A stretch of 64,000 nt of DNA. Source: Epiperipatus broadwayi (lineage: Eukaryota > Animalia > Onychophora). Under the pieces are notes generated by a model, which had not been told where the DNA came from, searched no databases, and saw nothing but the letters and a program-made list of their open reading frames with translations. Position 1 is the stretch's first letter, and the number at the start of each line of letters is the position of its first letter. Positions 14,149-28,790 of the stretch are shown here, one piece after another. The translations under genes and the position numbers were made by a program. The stretch is from the NCBI GenBank assembly GCA_028023455.1, contig JAQFVV010000010.1:15934001-15998000 (forward strand), written 5' to 3'.

Positions 14149-17100
14149 TAGCAGAGTGGCTTAAGTCGACAGGAGACACAGCCAGTGAAATAAAATGGAT
14201 AAAATTAGCCAGACGACACAGGATAACTTCTACTGTAAATATGGTGACACTAAATTTTATGATTTGCAAATTTGATATAAATAATGTTGACTCATTGATG
14301 AGTTATGTAGAACATGTAGAGTATTACATGTTCCTAAATAAGATAGAAGATGAATGTCTTAAAAGTATCTACATTCCTTTATTTCACAGGCCTAGACATT
14401 ATATAGCTTGTGAATATATTAATTGACCCTAAGCATCTGGAGGAACTATCACATAAAAAAGTTATACAAGTATTAAATATATGTTTTGCCCCAAAAAACC
14501 TGAGTGGGTAGCGTATCTGAGATTGAGAAACCAGAAACAATTACCACAAGAAAAATACATAGAATATGATCTTGCCTTGAAAACATTATCTAAAGATTGA
14601 GAGTTCGGACCAGGAATAAATGACTCTTTATTGGAACAATTTTTATATTTATGGCAGATGAAAGTTTTAGAAAATTATTGCTCAGTGATCCTAATTTAAA
14701 TTATAAACTTGCAATGGACAAGCATTTTGCCCAAGAGACTAAGTTAAGTAATGCCTCTGAGTATGGATTGCCTCAACAGTTAGAAAAAATTTTCATCACA
14801 AAAAAAAAATTAAAAAGAAATTTCCCGATTCCTAGTAGAAAGAAAAAGAAGCAAATGTGCTATTGCTGCAGGAAGTTATTGCAAGTATACACATAAAATT
14901 TGTAGAAATTGTGAGTCTAAAGAACATTTAGCAGCTGTCCATCATTTTAAGATCATGGAGCTACTAGTAAAAAAAAAGACTATAAATCTTGGGGAGAGAT
15001 GGAGCATAGGAAAACAAATATAAAAACATTAAATGATAGCAAAATAGACCACATATTATTAGTTGTGGAAATTGACAGTGGAGTTGGATTGTCAATGATG
15101 TCACATACAGAATGGATTAAAATTAATGAAAACCATAAAAAGAAAATCATGCTATAAGTCTGATGTGATGGCAACAAACATTAATGAAACAAAGTTGATA
15201 ATCATGAAAAAGTTGTAGTCCCTGTAAGGCTGAATTCAAGGTGAAGGCTTCTTACAATACATGTGGTAAATAAAGTTTAGTCTGCTGCTAGGAAACTTAT
15301 GAAAAAAAGATACCCATGATTATTTAAATCCAGATCAACTGAACTACGAATGAGACCAGTGAACATTGAATTGATGAAAGACGCACAACAGATCATATGT
15401 AAGCTTTGCAAAATAATGTTTGCCTTGAGAGATAAAGTTGAAAAAACACTGGGTAATTTTGCCTCTAAGGGAGTTTTAACACCCACTAAAGATTCTGAGT
15501 TGGCCACCCCAGAAGTTATGATTGTAAAGTCAGATGGAAGTTTGCAATTGTGCAGAGATTATAGTTACACTGAATAAATTCATAAACTAAGATCATATCC
15601 AGTTCCATGCTTACATGAAGTATTGGACTATTACAGAAAGCTACCTACTTTGCGAAAATAGATCTAAAAGCTGCTTTCCATCAGATACTAGTAACAGAAA
15701 AAGCAGCAGAATTGTTAACCTTAGGATATTTCCATGGTGTCAAACATTATTGAGGCAAAAATGGATATGCTGTTTAGAATGGTGGTCAGCATAATTTTCT
15801 ACCTAGATAACATCTTAATTACTGCAACAATGGAAGCAGAATTAGAAAAGTGGACATAGTCTGCTCAAAACTATAAGTGTAAAAGCCAAAGTAAATGCTA
15901 ATAAATATATATGGTCTATAAAAGAAATAAAATTTCTAGAACATATAATAAATACCAATAACTAATATCCAGACCCTGACCAAGTAAAAGCAATAAAAAA
16001 TGCAGAGAAGTCTAGAAATGTAAAAGAACTGCAGGCATTCCTAGGACTTTTGAACTTTTATGAAAGTTTTATGAAGTAAAAATCACACCGTTTATCACCA
16101 TTGTACCAACTTCTCAAAAAAAAACAATGTTGGACTTGGACCAATGAACATGACAAGACAAAACTTTTAAGAATGCTAAGAACTTGATAATCTTTGAAAA
16201 TTTATTGGTATATTATTGTAATGATCTAGAGATAATAATAATAATAATAATAATAACCAATGCATCCAAATATGGTATCGGAGCTGTTATGCCTCATCTA
16301 TGTTATGGAGGCAAACTTCCAATCACTTATGACTCCAGAGTTCTGACTTCAGCAGAAAAAAATTATAGTCAAATAGATAAAGAGGTCCTGGCTGTCATTT
16401 TCGCAAACAAGAAGTTTCACCGATACATTTATGAGCGGAGATTTCAAATTTGCAAGGACCGTCACTCCTTAAATTCCAGAACATGTGAGCCAGTGAATGA
16501 AACATTGGATTAATATTTGATCCAGTTATGATTATAATTTAGGTTATAAACCAGGAAAAGAAATTGGCCATGCAGATGCTCTATCTTGATTGTCTAATAA
16601 TAAAGATAAAGAATATGTAATCAAAGAAACAAATCATAGACGTTGAACACCAAAAGTCTCAACAGTGCAGTTATAGCTCAAGTTGACCAGGCATGAGAAG
16701 GGAGATACCCAACTTATGAAATGGATCAAATTTGGCTCACCAAAGACATGTCCTATGGGAGTTAAATAAATCAATTTGGAACATGCTTTGGACTCATGTT
16801 CATCTAGACCATGCTGACCCATTGAATGGACAAATTATGTTAATACTAGTAAATGCTTATTCACAATGGACTGAATATAAGTTAGTGAAAAGCACAAATG
16901 CTGAGTGCACAATAACAGCATTGAATGAAATATTTGCTACCCATGGATTCCCAGAATTGATAGTGATAGATAATGGTACAGGTTTCACATCGCAAAAGTT
17001 TAAAGAGTATTTCCAAAACAAAGGAATTAAACATATTCTCACTCCACTATATCATCCCAGAAAGTAATGGAATTGCTGAGAAAGCTGTGCAACATCTAAA

Positions 17101-17671
17101 AAAGTGTTGACAAAAATGAAAATAAGAACTATGTCAGAACATTTAGTGGAAGCATTTTACACCTAGCATTGTGACAAGTAAAGTGCCAGCAGTTACTGAT
17201 GTGTTGCTCTTTCTGCCCTCACTTCAGTAAACTTTTATCCACTGCTAATAAAAGAGAAATCAAAATTTTATAAATTTCTTTCCAGATGAAAATGTATGAA
17301 TATGCAATTTTCTAAAATGTAAATGGATAGCTGGTATAATAATGTAAGTATTGTCAAAGTAAATAAGATTAATAAAATTACACAATAAAAGGGAGTTAAA
17401 AATATTAATCTCCTTCGCTGTCATCATTATGAGGACACTTTACCAGATATCCAACAAAATAAAATGTTTGAAGATAAAGTAATTAAGAGAGATGTTATTG
17501 AATAATCCAGATAGTGATCTAGATTTAGAAATATTGACACAAAATAAAGAGGCTGTACATAAACAACAAAGTTAACTACTCCAATAGATGAAACTGAGAG
17601 AATAACTCTTAAAACCCCTCAAATTCGCCGACCACCTGTAAGTCTGTGATTTTCTAGAACAGGGAGAGGAA

Positions 17672-18181
17672 TGGAATATCTGCATATATAATTTAGTATA
17701 AATAAAGTATATTTATTGGTAGATGTACATGAATTGTTTTCACATGTAACTATTCCCTAAAATCACTCTAGGAAATGAATAGAGGGCTGCAACTAAAATA
17801 TATATTACAAGACATTGTATGAAAATGAGTGTTAGAAAAAACTGATATAAGGATGTAAAAAAACTACTCTGTGTAGAAATGAGACTTAAAGTGTTGAAGT
17901 CATTTAATGGTGCTAAGGCAGAAAATGCATCACCCTAAGGATAGAAAAAATGCTGCTGAATAAAATGTAAACCTTTAAAACTTTGTTAAACCTTGAAAGA
18001 AATAATAGTGGTTATTATTATTGTTATTATTTGTTATGTTGTGAAGTAAGCTTAAATGTATAAATGTTTTCTAGTTTAACGTTATGTGTTAAATAAATGT
18101 CTATAAGCACTATAAGTACCTGTTCTTCGTATATTATGTAATTTATTATTGCTGTCTGACTGGTTTTTAGAGAACTTAGCA
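17672..18181 (+). repeat. 3' LTR of the Gypsy element
   Basis: Preceded by a polypurine tract, ends in CA and is followed by the TSD TTTAT. Confidence 0.88.
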
Positions 18182-18479
18182 TTTATAAAAAGGTAAAAAG
18201 ATAATAACTATGATCGTTTTAGTCAGTATGACTTTTTTTTTTTTTTGCTACTAATCACTTTCTGTTGCCATTATCACACTTTCATTGACTAATTTTCTTA
18301 TTAAGACCATATTTTCAAATATCCTTAATTTTACAAAGATGTAAAAACTTTCAATAATTTTTATTTACTCATTTATTAGACTAGAGATTATCTACTTGAG
18401 ATTTAAATAAAATCCAAGGTTGTGCAAAAAAAAAAAAAGAATTCTTCTGAATACAATGAACATCTATCCCCTTGATTTT

Positions 18480-20800
18480 GTTTTATGATGTGATGCACTG
18501 TGACTTCCTATATGAGTCAGGAATCTCAGCAAATATGCCCAGAGAAACCTATTAGCCACTTTATCTCCCCTTTCCATTCCCTGACCTAAGTTTTCCCATA
18601 TCTTGCTCCATCCCATTTCCACAACATAATCTTTGTCAATTCCATGGCCTTTATATCTAAATCCCCTTTATTTTTTCCCAAACCCAGCATAAAAACCAAT
18701 AACCCACTTTTTGTATAATCACTTTGTTTATATTTATTCTTCCACAACATTATTTGTACCCTTTCTGCTTTTAGACATTTACATTCAATTAATAAATACA
18801 TAATATTTTCTATGCCTTCCTTACACAACTTGCAGACTAAATCACCCACATTTTTCCATTTATGTGTATATTCCCTTGTTGCTAAAGATCCCGTTTGAGC
18901 TTTAAACAGTAAACTATTTTCCTTGCTATTATCATAAATTAACTCGCACTCAATATTCTGTTTACTCTCCATACTAGTTCTCCATCTTTCCAATTCCCTA
19001 TTCTTTATTAATGCATCCATGCTTCTATCCCATTCCTTGCCACTATAATACTCAACAATTCTTCTAACACAATTAGTATACTGACAGAAATTCTTTATCC
19101 AAAACTTCTGCATACCGCATTATCTTTCTCATCCATCTTGCTGCCTGCTCTTTATTCATAACCCAATTAAATACTATTTTGGATATTCTTTTATTATTCA
19201 TAAACTGCAATCTACTGAACATTTTCATTTTGCTTTTTGCATCTCTCATATAAAAACTTGATCATCCTATTTCTCCTTGATTTGCCTCCTTTTCCGTCCA
19301 CACATCTGCATCTAATATATGTCTTCCTAATTCTCTTTGTACTTTTCCATATGTTAACCCTGCTACTGCCATTCCCTTCCATACAATTCTAGCTACATCA
19401 TATTTGTTATATGAAAAGACTGTTAATTTCTTTATCAATCCCTTTCTTTTCTTTGTTTCATTTATCAATTTTTCCTCCCATTCATCCAAGCATTTTCTCT
19501 GATTACTTAAGACAATTCCCAAATAGTTATATCTATTCATCACACTTAACTTTATATCCCCCAATAAAAATTCTTTGTCTTCTCTTTCCCCTGTATTAAT
19601 CATTATTTTTGATTTTTTTTCACTAAATTTAATCCCCATCTCTTTACCCACTCTTGCACATGTCCTCAGCATAACTTCCATATCTTCCCTTCTTTCTGCA
19701 TACAAAAAGACATCAACTGCAAATAAAAAGACCTGACAATGTATATACTCCCTTGCCACTTATTAATGGTATCTCTACCCCTCTTCCTAGTCTTTCCATT
19801 GCTCTCTCCTTTCTCTCAAATATAACAAAAACAAAATAAGTGACATAGGGCATCCTTGCTTTAGTCTAACCCCATTTTTAACTCTAACTATTCTACATTT
19901 TCTAATTGATACATATAGTAATTATTTTCATGCGATCTCTTAATAAGATCCACCAAAGCTCCATTCATTCCAAATTTACTAAACTTAGCTATAATCTATT
20001 TCTATTTACTCTATCATACACCTTTCTCTATATCAATAAAAACCATATATAACAGTCTATCTGTATTCTACTCATATCCATAAGTTGTGTAACTATAAAT
20101 AAACTAATTCCTATATGCCTATTTGATCGAAAACCTTGCATTTCTCCCACTATATTAATTTTTCCATCCATTTTGCAACCTTCCAGTCACCAATATGAGA
20201 AAACTTTATATAATATTGATGTCACCATTGTTGGTCTACAATTGTTTACTTTCTATGATCCTTACCCTTTCCTTTAAATAGTAGCCTTACTCTTGTATTA
20301 CTCCAATTACCCAGAAAATCTCTCTTCTGTGCAATCTTATTAAAACATGATAATAGTTTTAATTTTGCCCTATTCCCTAAATTCATTACCACCTCTGCTG
20401 CCCATCCATCCAAACCTCTTGCCTTTCCACTTTTCAATTTCTTACCTGCCTCATTCAGTTCATTTTCTGTAAACCTAATATTCCATTACTATATGCTTTC
20501 ATGTTTGTTATCACTGTGTCCTTCACATCTAACATCTTTTCTACATTCTTTACATACTTATTTAAGATTATCTTTTATTTTTCACTGGAGTGACACTATA
20601 TTCCCTCATCATCTAGTAATACTACTTTTCTCCCCTACATTCCTTCTTTTAATGTTTTTCAAAATTTTTTATTCCCATCTCTTCCACTTTTATTAATATC
20701 CTCCAACAATTTACTATTCAATTTCATTTTCCTTCTATAATTATCTATTTTAGCACATTTTTTTTTTCTAAGCACTTTTCACATTTAGCATTAACATTTT
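18480..20800 (-). mobile_element. Non-LTR retrotransposon remnant (RT plus C-terminal CCHC-type region)
   Basis: Fragments GKARGLDG, LKQGCPMS, LFAVD (YADD-like), YNYLGI and LFKAQTGSL...CKLC...E...LIEC. Clade not determined. Confidence 0.8.
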
Positions 20801-23800
20801 ACTTTTCCCTGAATGATAATGACATCTAGCTATTTTAGCTGTAGTTAAAAATGAACAATATTTATTTTAATTAAACATATACTACTAAATAAACACCAAT
20901 CAACTCTAGGCCAATGGCAGCATCAAAAAAAAAAAAAAATTCAATGATCAGATTCAAAAAGTTAATTACATTTTCTAAAAGCATTATTCACTAAAATATT
21001 ACACTAACAACTGAACATTAAATTTAATTTTATTCAAATTGTTTTTAATTAAACACAATTTATTAGTGAGTACTGCTTACAAACAATATTAACTAGTAAA
21101 TTAAATTTCAGTCATTCAGCAAAATAAAACCATAAAATTTTACTTTTTAATTTAATTGATGTTTTTAAGCACTATTCTTTATTAAGTTACATTTAAATAC
21201 GTTAATATATTAAGTTTAATTTTTAAATATTTTCTTTTTTACTGTTAAAATTACAAGTATGTATTCGAGTGACATTGTAGGCTGTTAATTTTCCATTTTA
21301 CTGAGCTTTGAGAACTGAGTTTCAAAATAACAATAAATATGAATACTAATTTAAAATTTCTATACTTAACTAGACAACATTCCTAATCAAATTCCATTTC
21401 AATCACTTGAGGAAAAAATATTGGAAGAAGATTTATAATTGAAAATAATAAAGAAACAATATCAACTGATAATAGACATTTTCTAGCTTTAAAGAATATT
21501 TAAAAAACTTTGTGAAATTAAAAGCCTTAAAGAAAAATCAAAGGCTTGAAATATTGACTTTAAAAGATTAATTTTTACTTAACTGGTTTATCTGCCAAAC
21601 ACATTAATGAATAAATATTATGAGATGGAAATATTTTACTTGGTTTGTTTGTTTGTTTTTTTAAAATTAAAATTATCACTTTTTAATGGTCATAGTTTTG
21701 ATGATTTATAATAATATATACTTCTAATTTTTATCGTTTTTCAGGAAGAGAATTTAGTGCATATATATATTAATAATCTTAGACTTTAGGGTTTTAAATT
21801 CACATTTGTACCAATCAGTTTTTGTTTTTTCGTTTTCTTTTTTTTTTTTAAATGATTAATAAGAAATGTAAATATGATTCACGCATTTTGTTGATTGAAT
21901 TCATTAATTTAAAGTCCTAGATTTTGGATTTGTTTTTAGTATTTTCTATATAAGAATATCAAAGTGTCTGTGCTTACATATATTTTTAATGTTGTTATTA
22001 GAATTATATATTTTAAATAAAATCACAAATATTAACCTATCTGAATTATTTTAAATATTATGCACAGATTATAACTGAATAATTAGTTGCTCGGGTTGTC
22101 ACGTGATGTTCAAAATTACAGTGACAACTTAAACTTCAATGCAAAAACTTTTATAGTTATTGTTTCAGTCATCTACATGATGCTAAACAATTACAAACCA
22201 AAAATAATTGAATAGTTATTATTGCTTTGGAGATCATATAATATTTAAACTTTCAAGTCAGATCCTATATCGTCAACATGTATAATGTTATGTACTATTA
22301 TTTTAGTTTTCATAGTTCATTTTTTATTAAGTCATCCAGTTAAGAAACTCCATGTAGTATATGCCAAAATTAATGACACCATAATTATAAATACTTAAAT
22401 TTTAATTGTTCTATTTTAATTTCTAACTTTTGACATCACATACACTCATATGATTATTAACCTAGAAAAAATATCTGTAGATTTAATAATTTTGTTACAA
22501 AAGTTTTGTTATTTTATAAAATAATAAAATTCCATTTATTACTTTAAAAACAGAATTTATAATTTTATCATTTAAAAAAAAAAAAATCTAAAAATTAAAA
22601 TTCTGCAAATCCTAAATTTTATTTAAAAACTGCACCTATATTTTAAGGTTATCTCTACATACTAATGGTATATATATATCATTTCTTTTGCTAAAAAGAT
22701 TAAAATATATATCTATAGCAGATATAATCAATATTTTTTGAGCAATAGGTATCAGGAAATGTTACTCATCATAAATTGGGTCATATCACTACTGAAAATT
22801 TTCACAAACATTGTATTTACTATAAAGTATATCAAAATAAAATTATTTTTAAAGAAAATTATTCATATAAATAATTATTATCTCATATAATCATGAAGTA
22901 AAGGTGCCATAAAGAACATCATTAAAAGTTATGTGTAGGGCTTGAACCGCAAATTGTTCCACAATTGATTTAGGTAGCTTATGATTGAGATCACTAAAAT
23001 ATTTTTGACTTAATGATTTATATAGATAGACAAGCAAATTATCTTTGAATCAAAATTTTGAGAAATAGATAGAACTTTAAAGTTATTCATTTGAATAATA
23101 AAAATGTCAGCGGCATGAGTATATGCAATCCAGGATACCTCACTGATGAAGACCAATAACCAGAAACTAGCCTAAAAAATATGGCTAACCCTATCACCAA
23201 GGCATCAATGATTATTTACAGTGAACCAGTTTTGAATAGTTTGACAAGATAAAGAATACAAAACAACTGATTGTCTTTATGAACAAATAATATAATGTGT
23301 CAATTTTATATAAAATAATTATAAGTTATCTATTCAATTCTGCAAATATTAAGTTTTTGTATAGATCCTAATGTAATATGCATCATATAATAAGCTTTCA
23401 TCTCTAATCAATTGCAATAGTTAATCATCAAGTCATCATAGGCAGATAAAAAAAATAATTCTGTGACAGAAGGCAAAAACAGATATCAATGCAGTAGACA
23501 AGATCTAATTGAATGTCTCATCTCCCCAATGTCTATCAGCATTGTAACAGTGATTCACATACCACATTTAGCACATTATAAACTTGAATAGTAACAACAA
23601 AAGTTCTAGTAAATTAAATGCAAATGATAAGTATTAGCAGAATTGGATATACTTAACAAAACCTTTAAGAATACATATATAATAATAAAAAGTGGTTGGT
23701 TATGCATTAAAATCTACTTTTTAAGTCCAAAGATTACAAAAACTCAAGATAATTAAGTAATTAAAATATCAGATTTTTGGAACTAGTCAATAATAATTAA

Positions 23801-23864
23801 AATGTAATATTTCTGAAATACGAGCATAATTCATAGACTTGGAGTTTAAATGTAACATAGGGGA

Positions 23865-23981
23865 TTTTTTTTTTCCATATGTCATAGCATCGGCTGGGAG
23901 GTGAGACCCGCAACAACCGTCTGCAACCAACTGCTTGCTTGCAAGGCAGCTGTGTTGACCTCTTGGCTAACAATACTTGAC
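23865..23981 (-). mobile_element. tRNA-Gly-derived short SINE, subfamily B, with TSD
   Basis: TSD TAACATAGGGGA at 23853-23864 and 23982-23993. GTCAA leader and poly(A) tail. Confidence 0.88.
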
Positions 23982-23985
23982 TAAC

Positions 23986-24332
23986 ATAGGGGATTTAAAC
24001 ACAAACTTTCAACATCACTTCAGCTATCCACTTTATCTCATATAACCGATACACATGACTACATACATGTGAAAAATATAAATGATCTCCAATATATGTA
24101 TTTAGTGTTGTACCAGCACTCATCAGTTGGTCCATTTGCTATCTTAATATAGACTGAGCACTGATTATATATATGTGGGAGATGAACTGGACCAACTGAT
24201 GAGTGCTGTTTCAGCACAAAATATGTATATTGGAGATCATTTATCTTTTTCATATGTGTGGCCATGTGTATCGGTTATATGAGATAGAGTGGATAGCTTA
24301 AGGGAACTTGAAAATATGTGTTCAAATCGTCT
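23986..24332. mobile_element. H1 hammerhead-bearing element, fold-back pair of copies
   Basis: Arms at about 23986-24133 and 24189-24332 are reverse complements. Each holds a decayed hammerhead (24089-24133 minus; 24189-24233 plus). Confidence 0.8.
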
Positions 24333-25254
24333 TTATTGTAATAATTAAAATGGTAATGTAGAGAGTCAAAAATGAAAAAAAAAAAAAACATGTTTACATT
24401 CTATAAACAGTTTATTTATACACACAAATGAAGGATTACCCTGCATGTCTTAGTTCAATAGTATAGAGTGGCAGACAAGACAGCTGCTAGTTATATCACA
24501 GCTTAACTCTGTCTCTTTGAATACTTGATTCAAGATCTTATGATTTCTTGGATATTATTATTAAAAATAATCAAATTAATACAGTTTTTCAAAGCCATGA
24601 GGATGCAGTATGAATACATATTATCCTATCAGGTATTTCGACTCTACATGCATATATATATATCCATGCTTATGTTAGCTAAGTAAGTACTAGATGCACC
24701 ATATTCATGTCTTCAATTCTTGCAAAAAAAAAAAAACGGAAATAAAAACCAAATACAATAATGTTCTAGTTTCACAACTTCCAAATTCACAATAGTTCAA
24801 ATTGGGGGAAAAATAATAATTCATTTTTGTTTTAGAAATAGTGAGAGTTGTATCGCATGTACCTCTGGAGATCAATATGGAATGGCTACTTAGATTATCT
24901 ATATTTTGGCTTCTTAAAAAAAAACTTAAATTTAATTGGGAAATCATCAGTTACAATAAAAAAAATTCCAAGCTCCACCAGGATTTGAACCCAGCAGAAT
25001 GATTACTAAGTTTAATATATACAAATATGGAGATATTATAAAGTAGAACGGTTGAAAGTCATTAATAAGATATATTTTAGAATCATTGGCTTTAAAGACC
25101 TATAAACTTCTTTTGTTTATTAATATTATATTATTTCTATCAATTAATAATTGTAGCAGTATTATACAGTATTATGGTAAGTTCTCTGGGAGAAATTATG
25201 CAACTAAGCAAAAGAACGTTACAATCATATATTACATAATTATCGTAGAGATAG

Positions 25255-25361
25255 TTTTTTTTTTTCCATGTGTCATAGCATCGGCTGGGAAGCGAACCCG
25301 CCAACTCGGGACAACTGCTTGTAAGGCAGCTGTGCTGACCTCTCGACCACCAACGCTTGAC
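25255..25361 (-). mobile_element. tRNA-Gly-derived short SINE, subfamily A
   Basis: Minus strand reads GTCAA-GCGTTGGTGGTCGAGAGGTCAGCACAGCTGCCTTACAAGCAGTTGTCCCGAGTTGGCGGGTTCGCTTCCCAGCCGATGC-TATGACACATGG-A11. It is colinear with tRNA-Gly(TCC) as I recall it. Confidence 0.88.
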
Positions 25362-26984
25362 AATCGTATAGTTCACCATCATTTAACTACAGTTTTCATA
25401 TAATTTATTTTAGCATCTCAATTTTTGAATTTCAGTACATTATAAAATTTAAAAAACAATCGTATCATATTGCCACCATATAAAGTACGGTATATACTTT
25501 CTGAAAATAAATGAATACATATACAAATAAAATTCCTTAAAAATCTCCATCCCTCCCTTCCGGTATCAAGAAATAAAGAATGCTTCTTTTATGCAACTAA
25601 TTTAGTCAAATCTAACTTAAAAAGAAACCAAAAATAAATTAGTTTGCCACTAATTAAGTTTTTAAAAAAATAAAAAAGATGTAGCTACTTATGCGATTTA
25701 CTTTTTTGATTATAAATAAAAGTCTTAAAGGAAATCACACTTAACCAAGTGCTTTAAAATAATCCTTTCTATTATAATAGATTTCTATAGATAGTTAACA
25801 GAGGAGGTCATTGATACTTCTTATCTTCGCTTCCGTACTAAAAACTTTAATGTTTTTTTTTTTCAATTCTTTTGTAAAACAATTTTATACCTATTTGTGA
25901 CATCACATTCATTAAAATCTCCAATTTATAAAACTTGGCTTCATAAAAATATAAACATATGTGCATGTGGGCACATATATAGTCGAGCATTTTCATATTT
26001 CTAAAAAATAAAAAAAATCACTCTTTACACCTCATTAAGGATTTTTTGTTTCCATAGTAACCAATAAATCACTAAGCAACACGATAATAAATCTGTAACT
26101 CTCATTTAAATACTGTGTGTGTGATAATATACTTTTACATATATCAGGCAAAAAAAAAAAAGATTATAAACCTTATTTAAAAATATTAAAAGCATGTTGC
26201 CGTAACTTAGCAATGTTGTTTATTACCATAGCAACAGGCTAGATATGTTTTATTATCATAATAGACATCTCCAAAGATTTAAAAATGGTTATTGAGGGGA
26301 TTACACATTATGGAGTTTTTAGATAACCAGAATATTCAAAAAATATCTATCATAATCTGATTATAATTAATCAAAAACTTGTTAGTAGCTTAAAAAGAAC
26401 TTTATTTTCAGCAATAATACAGCTTACAAAAATTAAAAGAGCAAATTAAATTAGCTAAAACGTTTAGCTAATGATATTTAAAAAATTAAAATTGGAAAAG
26501 AAAGGAGGAAAGTTTTTTTTTTTTACTTATATCAGGCAGCTAAAACATATAATTTTCTATTTAAAATAAATATTGAATTATAATCAATCACCATTGGAAA
26601 AAACATTGCCAGAAACAGGAACAGTTTTTTCAAAATACAATGAATATCTGGATTTGACTATTATTCACTCGTACTTTAATACTTAAATTACAAGGCAACA
26701 AATAAACTAAACAACAAGAAAAAAATACATATATATATATATGCAAATATACTGAGATCTAAGCAAGGCTTATACGACCACAAGTAATAATATTTGACTA
26801 TTTTAGTGTATGAAGAGATTTGCCTCTGTGTATTTTATTAAGTTTGTTCCTCCTTGACATGGCTAAAAAAAACTTATTCTAGTATTTACTGGATAGACAT
26901 TTGTGCTTTGCCTATCATTTTATAATATTTCATACAGAAGATTTCTTACATTTATTCCCTATTTTAATATCATTTTCCAACCAT

Positions 26985-28790
26985 TACTGATTCAGTGCAG
27001 AATAAAGTCTCAAATTTTATTCCAATATTTTCAATTCATAGCTTCTCTTGTCGTCCATGTTATTCTAGTGAACTATGTTTTATTGCATTTATACAACTAA
27101 TATATCATTTATTTTTAGATTGGTTGAAGTCCCTTTCAATCATCTATTTATTGTCCATTCTTCTAATAATATGTCGAACTGAACTTCATTTCAGCCTCTT
27201 ATTCTTTCAATACTATCATTTGTTCTTCCATTGATGTATTTTGCTTTTGATTATACATATCCATATTTCAAAATATAATCTGCAGTTTCTGCATTACGCT
27301 TGAATTAAGAATCTAGATCTTGGAATCTTTAGTGACACTGTAAGAACACCTTTCTTTTTGGTCACATAAGAAATTTCCTTTTATTATTTCTACTAAAATG
27401 CATTTTTTCCACAGCAATTAACTTCATTATACTTTTATCTATACTAATAGTTTGATCAAAGTATTTATAATAGCTGACTTATAATCTATTACTATTACTC
27501 TTTGTTTTCTTTTTCTTTTTTTTGAAAATCCAGTGAATACTATTTCATTATTTATACTAAAAAAGCTCTTGTAAAATTTCCCGTAATTCTGCACCATTTA
27601 CAAAAACAATCACATCATTTTCAATATCCAAATGAGGCATATCAGTTTTATCTATTTTTATTTATTCTACTTTTCCAGAGCAAATCCACAAAATGTTTCC
27701 AATGAAACTGCTGTAAATAATTTTGATGAGATGAAATTAATTTGTTAAAATTTTTTAATCTTTTTAATGTCACACTGTAGTCTAATAATTTCTGCTATAT
27801 TTAGATAATTTTCAAAATCAGATATTCTGAATCTGTCAAGATATTTCAAAACTTCAATCACAGACGAAATGCTTTTCCTCACGTGATTCAGATCCAAAAT
27901 AAAAACTCCTATGAAAGATCCATTCTATAATTTCCTTTAATATTTGGATCTTACAATTAATTTTAAATTCACTCTGTTCTTTCTGACAAGTGTAAAGAAC
28001 TTAGTTCTGATAAGACAATAATTCTTAATATTTTATTTCTCACTTTTCTTAAATATCGCTAACTGCATTCAAGTACAATTTCCCAGCAATATAACTATTA
28101 CTTCATCAGCTTCTTTTTAATTAAATGATATGTGATTATCTCACCCCATTCTTCATAGATCTAATGTATGTCATTTCTTAATGAGTGGCATTTTAACTGA
28201 TGTTATAGTATTGGACCATAAGCTATTTTGTTTTGCTGTTCTTTATTACCTATACTATCTATTTATTTCTAAAATACGATCACACCATCATTGCTGAAAT
28301 AACTATCCACACAACACCAAAGTGACCTTTTATATTCTTAAGGATTTTATATTTCTTCTTTAACTTCTTTGTGTTGACATTAATTTTTTCTATAACATTT
28401 TAAAGATTCGTACATATTCAGTTTTTTTAGGTAATAGTTTTGCTTTAAGATATTAGATTTTATAGGATAAGGCAGGCAAGACAAAGTATTACCAATAACA
28501 ATTATAATATTGTCTTTGCTATGCTTATATCTCAAGTTTTCTTCAGAAGAATTTCAAATATATAATAGAGAACCTAGATGTTTTTCAAGACTACATAATA
28601 AATAAGATGAGATAGTATAAGATTTAAATTCCAATTTACTCTGAAATTTAAATACATAATAGCTTAATTTTGCAAGTTCTTTATATGCATCTACAGATAT
28701 GTATATAATTAATAGTTTCAAGTTCTGATAAGTCTTAATACTTTTTTTTTTAAAGTAGCTGGCCCATAGTTAATTCAGTTAAAGATCAAA
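26985..28790 (-). mobile_element. Highly degraded RTE-like LINE
   Basis: Minus-strand conceptual translation gives an RTE-like C-terminus (RHIIRRMDN...) and ADE/FADD-like traces. Heavily interrupted. Confidence 0.55.

Larger units (their letters stand above)
13644..18181 (+). mobile_element. Full-length degenerate Gypsy (Mag-like) LTR retrotransposon
   Basis: TG...CA LTRs at 13644-14148 and 17672-18181, perfect 5-bp TSD TTTAT, PBS-like TAGCAGAG, PPT AGAACAGGGAGAGGA. Fragments of gag zinc knuckle, RT (KSDGSLQLCRDY), RNase H (ASKYGIGAV...AEKNYSQIDKEVLAVIF) and integrase (HGFPELIVIDNGTGFTS). Confidence 0.92.
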
